Translations under genes and position numbers: made by a program | Notes under the pieces: generated by a model | The model's input: only the letters and a program-made list of their open reading frames with translations | Databases searched by the model: none | Told to the model about the DNA's origin: nothing | Shown: one piece after another, positions 46,442 to 54,869 of the stretch | Layout of the letters: the number at the start of each line of letters is the position of its first letter | Numbering within the stretch: the stretch's first letter is position 1 | Source: Gemmatimonadales bacterium | GTDB taxonomy: Bacteria; Gemmatimonadota; Gemmatimonadetes; Gemmatimonadales; GWC2-71-9 | NCBI GenBank assembly: GCA_044867445.1 | Contig: JBIOUY010000027.1 | Coordinates: 18,124-82,123 of the forward strand | Length of the DNA: 64,000 nucleotides | Reading direction: 5' to 3'

Positions 46442-47638
46442 GTGGCCACGCACCTCCTCCTCACCTACGACTTCCCCCCGATGGGTGGCGGCATCGCGAG
46501 ATGGATGGGCGAGCTTGCCCGGCGCTATGCGCCGGGAGCCTTGGTGGTCTCGACGGGCCAACACGCCGATGCAGCCGATGTCGATGCCATGTTTCCCAAC
46601 CGCATCGACCGTCTGCCCGTGCCCTCGCGGCGGCTGCGGAGCGTTCAGGGGCTTCTGCTCTGGGCTCGCCGAGCCGCGGTGCTGGCCCGGTCCACCGGGG
46701 CCGAGTTTATCTGGTGCGGGAACATCAAGCCGGCGGCCTATCCTGCGAAATGGACCAAGGAGCGGCTGGGGACTCCCTTCGGAGTCCTGCTTCACGGGGG
46801 CGACATCCTCATTCTCCAGCACCAGGCCCATCAATCGGTGCTCAAGCGCCGCACCGCAAAGGCGCTGCTCTCATCGGCCGCGGTTCTGGTGGCCAACAGC
46901 CAGTGGACCAGGGATCGTTGCCTGACGCTGCTGGGTGAGCTGGACATCGAGCCCGCACCCGGGCAGGTCCAGGTGGTCCCGCTGGGCGCCGATCATCTCT
47001 TCTTCCGCCCTGGTCTCGATACCCGCGACGTCCGGGCACGCTACGGCCTGACCCAGGGACGCTGGTTACTCTCTGTCGCCCGGCTCACCCGGCACAAGGG
47101 CATCGATACCGCGCTTGGGGCGCTCGCCATGTTGAGCCGCGAGTATCCCGATCTGCGCTACGCTGTGGTGGGAACGGGAGAAGAGCACGAGGCACTCGAG
47201 GCCGAGGCGCGCGGGTTGGGGATTGCGGACCGGACCCGATTTCTCACCAATGTGCCCGACCGTGATCTTCCCGCCCTCTACAACTGTGCCGAGATCTATC
47301 TGGGTGTCTCACGCCTGATGGAACAGCGAGTCGAAGGATTCGGGATCTCGTTGGTGGAAGCCTCTGCCTGCGCCCTGCCCGTGGTGGCCGGCCGCAGCGG
47401 CGGCATTCCGGAAGCCGTGCGGGACAGGGAGACCGGTCTGCTGGTGGATGCTGAGCGTCCCGAATCGGTTCGGGATGCGCTGGCCCAATTGTTGAACGAT
47501 GCCGGACTGCGGAACCAGCTCGGAAGCGCCGGTCGCCGGGCAGTCGAGGAGTTCTATAACTGGGATCGGGTTACCGCCGACCTGCGACGGATCGGGCACG
47601 AGTTCGGATTGACCGTGAGCGGCGAGGTTGTCTCCTGA
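46442..47638 (+). CDS. glycosyltransferase family 4
   Basis: EGFGISLVEASACALPVVAGRSGGIPE motif. GTG start. Confidence 0.8.
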   Translation: MATHLLLTYDFPPMGGGIARWMGELARRYAPGALVVSTGQHADAADVDAMFPNRIDRLPVPSRRLRSVQGLLLWARRAAVLARSTGAEFIWCGNIKPAAYPAKWTKERLGTPFGVLLHGGDILILQHQAHQSVLKRRTAKALLSSAAVLVANSQWTRDRCLTLLGELDIEPAPGQVQVVPLGADHLFFRPGLDTRDVRARYGLTQGRWLLSVARLTRHKGIDTALGALAMLSREYPDLRYAVVGTGEEHEALEAEARGLGIADRTRFLTNVPDRDLPALYNCAEIYLGVSRLMEQRVEGFGISLVEASACALPVVAGRSGGIPEAVRDRETGLLVDAERPESVRDALAQLLNDAGLRNQLGSAGRRAVEEFYNWDRVTADLRRIGHEFGLTVSGEVVS

Positions 47639-48285
47639 TGTCGCCCATACTGCACTCGGCCGCTGCCGAGGAGTATGACCGGCAATACCGAGCCTGGTCC
47701 GAGCGGTTGGGACCACGGGCGCAGGACCTCGACTGGCGGCGAACCCACCTCATCTGGCGTCATCGAGCACTGTTGCACCGTTACTCGCCGGCGGGAAAGC
47801 GAGTCCTCGATTTCGGCTGTATGGATGGCGTGTTCACCTTGCAGTTGCAGCAGTTGGGCGGTGAGGCGGTGGGGTATGACATCTCGCCGGCGGCGATCTC
47901 CCAGGCAAAGGTCTTCCGCGGTACCGCTGCGCGCCCGGTGTTTACCACGGTGCCTCCCGGTCCCGGACAGTTCGACCTGATCTACTGCAATGAGGTGTTG
48001 GAGCACGTCGAAGACGACTCGGCACTCATCGGGGAACTGGTCGGCTATCTGGCACCAGGCGGATCAGTGGTGGGAACGACGCCGGTCGGTCGCTACTTCT
48101 GGGATCCTGATCACAAGCGTTCCTATGATGCGGTGCTGCTCAAGCGGGCCCTGGTGCCGTGGGGGAAGGTCCGAATTCATCGGTACTACCGCAGCCGCCT
48201 TCGCAACTTGCTCCCGCTACGCCAGAAGGGCGCCGCGGTCTTCATCTTCCAGGTTACGCCGCCGAATCCACCGGCCGGGTGCTGA
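47638..48285 (+). CDS. class I SAM-dependent methyltransferase
   Basis: Motif I VLDFGCMDG and post-I/II pattern (FDLIYCNEVLEHV). The ATG overlaps the upstream TGA. Confidence 0.75.
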   Translation: MSPILHSAAAEEYDRQYRAWSERLGPRAQDLDWRRTHLIWRHRALLHRYSPAGKRVLDFGCMDGVFTLQLQQLGGEAVGYDISPAAISQAKVFRGTAARPVFTTVPPGPGQFDLIYCNEVLEHVEDDSALIGELVGYLAPGGSVVGTTPVGRYFWDPDHKRSYDAVLLKRALVPWGKVRIHRYYRSRLRNLLPLRQKGAAVFIFQVTPPNPPAGC

Positions 48286-49363
48286 TCGCGTAGGTGGGAC
48301 AGTTGAGCACGTAGGCTCCGTCAATTGGGGACCAGGTCTGAATCGGGGTGTGTACTTCCGCCTTCCCCCGCGCATCCAGCCGGAAGACCTTGGGAGCCTG
48401 CACCACGCAGGCACCGCAACCCACACAACGTTCCTCATCCACCAAGACGCGAAGCTGCCTGGTCGGGTGCATGCCGTGGCTGACGCCATCCAGCCGGCCA
48501 TTCATCTGGTCGAGCGTCTGCGCCGTGGCGCGATACCCTGCCTCGATCAGCTCGTCGGTTCGATCGAAGGCGAACATCGAGATGTGCTCTACCTTGGGCT
48601 GCACCAGGATGAGAGGTGGTCCTTTCCAGTCGCGGAGCTGATTCTCGATCTGGGTCTGCATCACGATCTCGAGGCCGCGGATGTAGGTCGCGGCAAAGCC
48701 CTCGGTCTCGGTCTCGGAGCGCAGCACGCTGGTGGCGGCGACGTTCACAGCGATGATCGGCCCCTTGCCCACCGCTGCCGCCAGGCGAACCGGGAGGTTC
48801 TCGACCACTGCCCCATCGACATAGGCACGGCCGTTGATCACGCGCGGCGAGAAGATGCCGGGCAGGGCACAGGAGGCGGCGATCGCGTCGGCGACTCGGG
48901 CCTCCAGCAATCCCGGAAGGCCCCACATTACTTGGCGGCCAGAGTGGAGATCGGCAGTGTTGACCAGAAGACGGCGGGAGAGATCGCGGAAGGTGAGCTT
49001 GCCGACCAGACTGGTGATCAGGGATTCGAGCGGCTCCCGGCGGTAGAGTGCCGGGGCGAGGAGGCGCCGGAGAGCGACGTCGACCCGGGCCACCTGAAAC
49101 ACGTCCCGCCGCCGAACTGCCCGGGCCCGCTCAACCATTTGATCATTGGTTGCGCCCACCGCCCACGCGCCGCCGATCAGCGAGCCAATGCTCGATCCAA
49201 CCACCAGGCTCGGCACGAGCCCACGCTCTTCCAGCGCACGGAACACTCCGATGTGCGCCAGCCCTTTGAGGCCGCCGCCACTGAGCACGAGGGTGAAGGG
49301 TCGCTCTGGGCTCACTCGCTTGCACCGAAAGAGGTTGATTGCGTAACCTTTTGGCCACACCAT
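48254..49363 (-). CDS. patatin-like phospholipase fused to a C-terminal single-cluster ferredoxin-like domain
   Basis: GGGLKG oxyanion motif, GSSIG (GxSxG) nucleophile and DGAV catalytic Asp. The C-terminus carries CVGCGAC...NCP, a Cys pattern typical of small ferredoxins. Start set at the ATG at 49363. Confidence 0.75.
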   Translation of the reverse strand: MVWPKGYAINLFRCKRVSPERPFTLVLSGGGLKGLAHIGVFRALEERGLVPSLVVGSSIGSLIGGAWAVGATNDQMVERARAVRRRDVFQVARVDVALRRLLAPALYRREPLESLITSLVGKLTFRDLSRRLLVNTADLHSGRQVMWGLPGLLEARVADAIAASCALPGIFSPRVINGRAYVDGAVVENLPVRLAAAVGKGPIIAVNVAATSVLRSETETEGFAATYIRGLEIVMQTQIENQLRDWKGPPLILVQPKVEHISMFAFDRTDELIEAGYRATAQTLDQMNGRLDGVSHGMHPTRQLRVLVDEERCVGCGACVVQAPKVFRLDARGKAEVHTPIQTWSPIDGAYVLNCPTYAISTRPVDSAA

Positions 49364-49460
49364 TTTGCAAGAATCATGCGCCAGCGCGCTATGACGGCTC
49401 ACAGTGCAAAGCGGTGCGCGCTGCCCCAGTTCCCGACGTAACCCAAATCACGGGATACCT

Positions 49461-50306
49461 ATGGCTCGAGGACCATTGGGCGAGCTGGTCCGACGCGATC
49501 GGTTCTTCCAGCTGGGACTCAGCTTGGTCGCACTGGTCGTGGGGGCGGCTCTGTTCGCTCCCTGGCTGGCTCCCCACAATCCCCTTTCCGGCGACCTCCG
49601 GAATGCCTACCTGTTGGAGCCGAGCGCCCGGTTCCTGCTTGGAACCGACCCCCAGGGGCGTGATGTCCTCAGCCGGGTGCTCTACGGGGCCCGACTGTCC
49701 CTTTCTGTGGGACTCATCGCGCAATCCGTGGCAGTCACAGTCGGCGTCCTTCTGGGGCTGTTGGCCGGGTACTACGGGCGGTGGATCGATGCCCTAGTGA
49801 TGCGTCTTGCCGACATCACTCTCGCGTTCCCCACTCTCCTCCTGCTGATCGCCGTCGCGGCAGCAGTGCGGCCATCTTTACCAGTCGTCTTCGTGGTGAT
49901 TGGGGTAGTCGGTTGGGCCGGTATGGCGCGACTGGTCCGAGCCCAGGTGCTGGTCTTGAAGCGAGCCGAATTCGTGCTCGCCGCGCAGGCGCTGGGCGCG
50001 CTCGACCGGCGTGTCCTGCTGCAACACCTACTCCCGAACGTGCGGACCCAGGTGATCATCGCCGCGACGCTGGGCATCGCCGGCGCGATCATGGCCGAGG
50101 CCGCGTTGTCGTTTGTAGGACTGGGTGCCCAGCCGCCAACGCCAAGCTGGGGTGCCATGGTGGCGGATGGGCGGGATCTCCTCCGGGTGGCGCCATGGGT
50201 TTCGTTCGCCCCGGGTCTCGCGATCGGGATCGCGGTGTTGGGATTCAATCTGGTGGGCGATGGCTTGCGCGAGGCATACGATCCCAAGCTCCGCAGTGAG
50301 CGTTGA
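49461..50306 (+). CDS. ABC transporter permease (DppC/OppC-like); no partner genes nearby
   Basis: Six-TM pattern and an EAA-like loop (AAQALGALDRRVLLQHLLPN). Start set at the ATG at 49461. Confidence 0.8.
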   Translation: MARGPLGELVRRDRFFQLGLSLVALVVGAALFAPWLAPHNPLSGDLRNAYLLEPSARFLLGTDPQGRDVLSRVLYGARLSLSVGLIAQSVAVTVGVLLGLLAGYYGRWIDALVMRLADITLAFPTLLLLIAVAAAVRPSLPVVFVVIGVVGWAGMARLVRAQVLVLKRAEFVLAAQALGALDRRVLLQHLLPNVRTQVIIAATLGIAGAIMAEAALSFVGLGAQPPTPSWGAMVADGRDLLRVAPWVSFAPGLAIGIAVLGFNLVGDGLREAYDPKLRSER

Positions 50307-51441
50307 TCTCGCCGCGCTCCGCCGGGAGGAGTTCCCCTGGTGCGAGCACACGGTCTACCTCAACAACGCCAGCACTGGCCCACTGCCTGAGCGCACCCGC
50401 CTGGGGTTGGAAGAATTCAACCGCCGCCGGACGCAGCCATTCCGTCTGCCCGATCGCGATGTGTTCGCGATGCTGGATCACTCGAGAGCTCTCATTGGAG
50501 AGCTGATCGGCGCGGACCAGGAGGAGATCGCCCTCTCGGTCAATACCGGTTTCGGGCTGAGCCTGGCGGCCCGGGCCCTGCCGCTCAAGGCAGGGGAGAT
50601 CGTGCTGGGAAGTGATCGTGAGTTCCCCGCGAACGTGTACCCGTGGATGCGCCTCCGCGAGAGCGGCATCACCTTCGAGCGGACCCCCACGACTGAAGCC
50701 GGCTGGCCCGACGAAGACCGTCTGCTGGAGCGGCTGGGGGACCCTCGGGTTCGAGTGGTGGCGATCTCCTGGGTCCAGTTCAGCAATGGGTACATGGTGG
50801 ATCTGGCCCGGTTGTCAGAGGCTACCCGGAGCGCGGGCGTGTTCCTGGTGGTAGACGCGATTCAGGGTGTGGGACAAGTTCCCCTGGACTTGCGGCGGAC
50901 CCCGGTTGATGTGCTGGCCTGCGGGGGCCAGAAATGGCTGCTCTCACCCTGGGGCTCTGGATTCACCTATGTGCGTCGGGAGATGATTGCTCGGCTCAGC
51001 CCAGCCGTTACCGGGTGGATGGCCTTCGAGGGGACAGACGACTTCAGCCGATTGACCCGCTACGACGACAGGCTGAGGGGGGATGCACGACGCTTCGAGC
51101 TGGTTACGCTCCCCTATCAGGAGTTCGCCGGAATGAACGTCTCGCTCGAGCTGCTGCTTTCGATCGGGGTGGAACGCACCCGAGAACACCTACGGGCCTT
51201 GCATCGGCCGATTCTCGAATGGGCGCAGCGTGCCGGGGCCCGGGTGGCGTCACCCACGGACGGCCACGGCTCGGGTATCCTCTGCATTGCGCCACCCGCG
51301 GTGGACGATGTCTTCCGACGGCTCAAGGCGGCTCGGATCATCTGCAGCCTGCGGGAGGGGATGATCCGGCTGAGTCCGCACTTCTACAACAGCGTGAGGG
51401 ATATGGAGCGGGTGGTGGAGGAGCTGGAAGGTGAGAGGTGA
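50296..51441 (+). CDS. class V aminotransferase-fold PLP enzyme (cysteine desulfurase/selenocysteine lyase-like)
   Basis: YLNNASTGPLP N-terminus and VDAIQ...GGQKWL (PLP-Lys region). The GTG at 50296 overlaps the upstream gene end. The last codons GER and the stop lie in the module G arm. Confidence 0.75.
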   Translation: MSVDLAALRREEFPWCEHTVYLNNASTGPLPERTRLGLEEFNRRRTQPFRLPDRDVFAMLDHSRALIGELIGADQEEIALSVNTGFGLSLAARALPLKAGEIVLGSDREFPANVYPWMRLRESGITFERTPTTEAGWPDEDRLLERLGDPRVRVVAISWVQFSNGYMVDLARLSEATRSAGVFLVVDAIQGVGQVPLDLRRTPVDVLACGGQKWLLSPWGSGFTYVRREMIARLSPAVTGWMAFEGTDDFSRLTRYDDRLRGDARRFELVTLPYQEFAGMNVSLELLLSIGVERTREHLRALHRPILEWAQRAGARVASPTDGHGSGILCIAPPAVDDVFRRLKAARIICSLREGMIRLSPHFYNSVRDMERVVEELEGER

Positions 51442-51939
51442 AAGGTGACAGGTGACAGGTGAGAGGTGACAGGTCAGTCTTTGGGCCCGTACCGCTTTCT
51501 CAGCCCCATGAGCAGGGCCTGCGCTCTGGAGCATTGCTTTCGAGCTGGCTGGACGACCGATTTCCGGCACGATGCTCTCCGACATGCAAAGATCCAGCAG
51601 CTCTGCTGTCTCGACCGCGGAACCATAGGCAATGGTCAGATGATGTCGAAACGACCGACTCGATTGACGGGCGTACCCTTCAGCGATATTCAGTTGTACT
51701 GATAATGACGCCCGCTGCAGTTGACTGAAGACACTCGCGAGTCGAGGCTGATAGTAGTCCCGGGTGATCGCCATGACATGACCAACCAGGGCGCGTGCGA
51801 CCTGCCAGGCGACGAGGGACCGATGGTCTCGCATACTGGATGATGGCGCGGGCCGCGCGGCTTGTTGTATCGCGATCCCGCAGCCTCAATCCTGGCAGCG
51901 CTCCGGCCTTCACCTGTCACCTGTCACCTGTCACCTTCC
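51431..51939. repeat. paired inverted heptamer-array module G (GTGAnAG / CTGTCAC type) enclosing a four-helix-bundle gene
   Basis: The left arm at 51431-51472 is six GTGA[G/A/C]AG units. The right arm at 51908-51939 is (CACCTGT)n. The 435-nt core carries the four-helix-bundle ORF on the minus strand. The right arm ends 2 nt before the ATG of the next gene. Confidence 0.9.
51474..51834 (-). pseudogene. four-helix-bundle protein (23S rRNA intervening-sequence protein family), apparently frameshifted
   Basis: The N-terminal about 95 aa fit the family (SLVAWQVA...LQRASLSVQLNIAEGYARQS...AYGSAVETAELL). The family-like C-terminus (...RAQALLMGLRKRYGPKD*) and a stop at 51474-51476, at the arm edge, are in another frame, because 361 nt is not divisible by 3. 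The in-frame 194-aa ORF instead runs antisense through the array and the neighbouring gene. Confidence 0.55.
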
Positions 51940-51940
51940 G

Positions 51941-53530
51941 ATGCCCACATTCACCGCAATGCTCGCCGCCGGTTACGGCTTCACCGACCCCAGCGTCACC
52001 CTCGGCGCGGCGCTGGAAGGCCAGGGGATTCACCAGGAGCCCAAGATCAAGATCCCGCTGGCCATGCTGAACCGTCACGGCCTCATCTCCGGAGCCACCG
52101 GAACCGGCAAGACCAAGACGCTCCAACTCCTCACTGAACAGCTCTCGGCCCAGGGGGTCCCGGTGTTTGCCGCCGACATAAAGGGCGACCTGAGCGGGCT
52201 CGCGATGCCGGGCGAGGCCGGCGATCGCGTGACCGGGCGGGCCAAGGAAGTGGGCTGGGATTGGAAACCGGCCGGTGTGCCAGTCGAGTTCGTGAGCCTC
52301 AGCGGTGGCCCTGGTGTCCAGCTCCGCGCCACCGTGAGCTCTTTCGGTCCGCTCCTGCTCGGCAAGGTCCTCTCCCTCAATGAGACCCAGACCAGCGTCT
52401 TGACGATGGTCTTCAAGTACGCGGACGACAATCAGCTTCCGCTCCTCGACCTGCCCGACCTGCGGGCAGTATTGCAGTTCCTGAGCTCGGACGGGGGCAA
52501 GGAAGCGCTTGCTTCCTACGGCGGCATGTCACCCGCGTCGGTGGGAGTATTGTTGCGGAAGATGGTGGAGCTCGAGTCGCAGGGCGCGGACCGGTTCTTC
52601 GGAGAGCCCGAGTTTGATGTGAAGGACATGATCCATCTGACCCAGGATGGCCGCGGGGTGGTGACCTGCCTCGAGCTCTCCGACGTTCAGGACAAGCCGC
52701 TGCTGTGGTCCACGTTCATGATGTGGCTGCTGGCCGAGTTGTATCACAACCTTCCCGAAGCCGGCGACCTTCCCAAGCCAAAGCTGGCGTTCTTCTTCGA
52801 CGAGGCGCACCTGCTCTTCGACGACTCCCCCAAGGCGTTCTTGGACCAGATTCAGCAGGTCGTCCGGCTGATCCGTTCCAAGGGGGTGGGAGTGTACCTG
52901 GTGACCCAAACTCCCAAGGACGTCCCGACCGACGTCTTGGCCCAGCTGAGCAATCGGATCCAGCACGCCTTGCGGGCGCACACCCCGGACGACGACAAGG
53001 CGCTCAAAGCCACGGTGCGAACCTTTCCCAAGACCAGCTTCTACGACCTGGAAGAAACGCTGACGACTCTGGGCATCGGCGAAGCGGTGGTGACGGTTCT
53101 CGATGGGCGGGGCGTACCCACTCCGGTCGTCGCCACCCGGCTCATTCCTCCGAGCTCCCGCATGGCGCCGCTCACTCCTGAGGAGCTTCAGGCCGATATC
53201 CGGCAGTCGGATTACCTGCAGGAGTATGGCAAAGCAGTGGATCGGGAGAGTGCCCGGGAGATGCTGGCGTCGCGCATGGCGAAGACCGCCACTCCCACTC
53301 CAGTGCCGGCTGAGGCCGGGCCGGTCTCGGTGCCGGCCGGTGGGGCGTCTCCTGAGCCGGCGCGGGGCTCAAGAGTGGGCAAGACCATAGCCCAGGTGGC
53401 AGGAGGGGCGTTGGTGGGTGCGCTTACCTCATCCATCGGTCGGACCGTCGGACGGGAAGTCGTGCGTGGACTGTTCGGGTTACTCGGCGCCAAGCCGCCG
53501 CGAACCACTATTCGGCGATCGCGCTGGTAG
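51941..53530 (+). CDS. HerA-like/DUF853 (YjgR-family) P-loop NTPase
   Basis: Walker A GATGTGKT and Walker B LAFFFDEAH. 529 aa with a low-complexity C-terminal tail. Confidence 0.75.
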   Translation: MPTFTAMLAAGYGFTDPSVTLGAALEGQGIHQEPKIKIPLAMLNRHGLISGATGTGKTKTLQLLTEQLSAQGVPVFAADIKGDLSGLAMPGEAGDRVTGRAKEVGWDWKPAGVPVEFVSLSGGPGVQLRATVSSFGPLLLGKVLSLNETQTSVLTMVFKYADDNQLPLLDLPDLRAVLQFLSSDGGKEALASYGGMSPASVGVLLRKMVELESQGADRFFGEPEFDVKDMIHLTQDGRGVVTCLELSDVQDKPLLWSTFMMWLLAELYHNLPEAGDLPKPKLAFFFDEAHLLFDDSPKAFLDQIQQVVRLIRSKGVGVYLVTQTPKDVPTDVLAQLSNRIQHALRAHTPDDDKALKATVRTFPKTSFYDLEETLTTLGIGEAVVTVLDGRGVPTPVVATRLIPPSSRMAPLTPEELQADIRQSDYLQEYGKAVDRESAREMLASRMAKTATPTPVPAEAGPVSVPAGGASPEPARGSRVGKTIAQVAGGALVGALTSSIGRTVGREVVRGLFGLLGAKPPRTTIRRSRW

Positions 53531-53539
53531 GCAAGACTG

Positions 53540-54823
53540 CTACGGCTCCAGCACCAGCCGCAGGTAGTTCTTCTTGCCCTTCCGCAAGACCATGAATCGC
53601 GCTTCGGGAGGTCCCTGAAGGTCGTCCTCACCGATCTGCAGCTCGACGCTGTCGATCGGCTCACCGTTGAGGTAGAACCCTCGGCCCTGAATCCCCCGGC
53701 GCGCATCGGCCTTGGAGCTGGCCAGCCCGCTGGCGACCAGCACGTCTACTACCGGAAGCCCGGCCGGCAGCTGCGATCGGGACACTCTCCGTTCTGGCAT
53801 ATCGGGAGCCCCGTCGACCACCACCGGCTGATCTCCGGCCGAGCGGCCGAAGAGCGCCTCGCTGGTTCGGATGGCTTCGTCCGCGGCCTGCTCCCCATGC
53901 ACCGTGGCCGTCACCTCTCGCGCCAGCAACCGGTGGGCCGGCCGGCGACCGGGATCGCTCCGGTGCTCCGCCATGGCGGCATCGATTCGCTCGAGCCGCA
54001 GAAAGGTGAAGAGCTTGAGGTACCGCTCCACGTCCCGATCTTCGGTGTTGAGCCAGAACTGATAGAAGTGATAGGGACTGGTGCGTTCACCGTCGAGCCA
54101 GATGTTGCCCCCGCCCCCCTCGCTCTTGCCGAACTTGGTGCCCGTCGCGGTCGTAATCAGCGGGAAGACCAGGCCGTGCACCTGGGCACTCTCGCGTCGT
54201 CGCACCAGCTCGATGCCGGCGGTAATGTTTCCCCATTGGTCGCTGCCGCCCATCTGCAGCTCACAGCCTTCGGCCCGATAGAGATGCCAGAAATCGTACG
54301 CCTGGATCAGCATGTAGCTGAACTCGGTGTACGAGATTCCAGTCTCCATCCGGTTCTGTACCGAATCCTTCTGGAGCATGTAGCCGAGCGAGAAGTGCTT
54401 GCCGGTGTCCCGGAGAAACTCCATCAGCTGGATGCCCCGCAGCCAATCGGCATTGTTGCGCATTCGGGCGGCATTGGCACCCTCAAATGAGAGGAAACGG
54501 GACAGCTGTCGGCCGATCCCCTGGGTATTGCGGTCGATCTGCTCCAGGCTCATGACCGGGCGCTCCTCCCGCTTGCCGCTGGGATCGCCCACCATGCCGG
54601 TTCCCCCACCGACCAGGGCGATGGGGGTGTGGCCAAACCGCTGCAGCCAGGCCAGGCCAATCGCGGGCACCAGACTGCCGACGTGAAGCGAATCGGCCGT
54701 CGGGTCGAAGCCGACGTAGGCGGTGATGGGACCCTGTTGAAGTCGTTCGGGCAATCCGGGCGTGGCGTTCTGGACGAAGCCGCGGGCCGCGAGCGTGGTA
54801 AGGAGGTCGCTCATAGCCGCCAA
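53540..54823 (-). CDS. tyrS: tyrosine--tRNA ligase
   Basis: HVGS (HIGH-type) motif and KFGKS (KMSKS) motif. C-terminal S4-like domain. Confidence 0.9.
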   Translation of the reverse strand: MAAMSDLLTTLAARGFVQNATPGLPERLQQGPITAYVGFDPTADSLHVGSLVPAIGLAWLQRFGHTPIALVGGGTGMVGDPSGKREERPVMSLEQIDRNTQGIGRQLSRFLSFEGANAARMRNNADWLRGIQLMEFLRDTGKHFSLGYMLQKDSVQNRMETGISYTEFSYMLIQAYDFWHLYRAEGCELQMGGSDQWGNITAGIELVRRRESAQVHGLVFPLITTATGTKFGKSEGGGGNIWLDGERTSPYHFYQFWLNTEDRDVERYLKLFTFLRLERIDAAMAEHRSDPGRRPAHRLLAREVTATVHGEQAADEAIRTSEALFGRSAGDQPVVVDGAPDMPERRVSRSQLPAGLPVVDVLVASGLASSKADARRGIQGRGFYLNGEPIDSVELQIGEDDLQGPPEARFMVLRKGKKNYLRLVLEP

Positions 54824-54869
54824 TCGTACCCGCTGGAATCAGGCCTCGCAACCGGCTAGCTTTGCGTTC

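Noticed and set aside
51250-51834. Treating the 194-aa ORF as an intact four-helix-bundle fusion protein.
   Set aside because: Beyond about residue 95 it loses family similarity. It then reads through the heptamer array (TCHLSPVTCHLSPLT) and runs antisense into the aminotransferase gene. A family-like C-terminus and a stop exist in another frame, so I called it a probable frameshifted gene.
51431-53530. The HerA-like DUF853 ATPase plus the four-helix-bundle gene as a two-gene defence system.
   Set aside because: The two genes are on opposite strands and separated by a repeat arm. The small gene looks broken. YjgR/DUF853 ATPases are widespread stand-alone genes. No nuclease, Sir2 or TIR-type partner is present.
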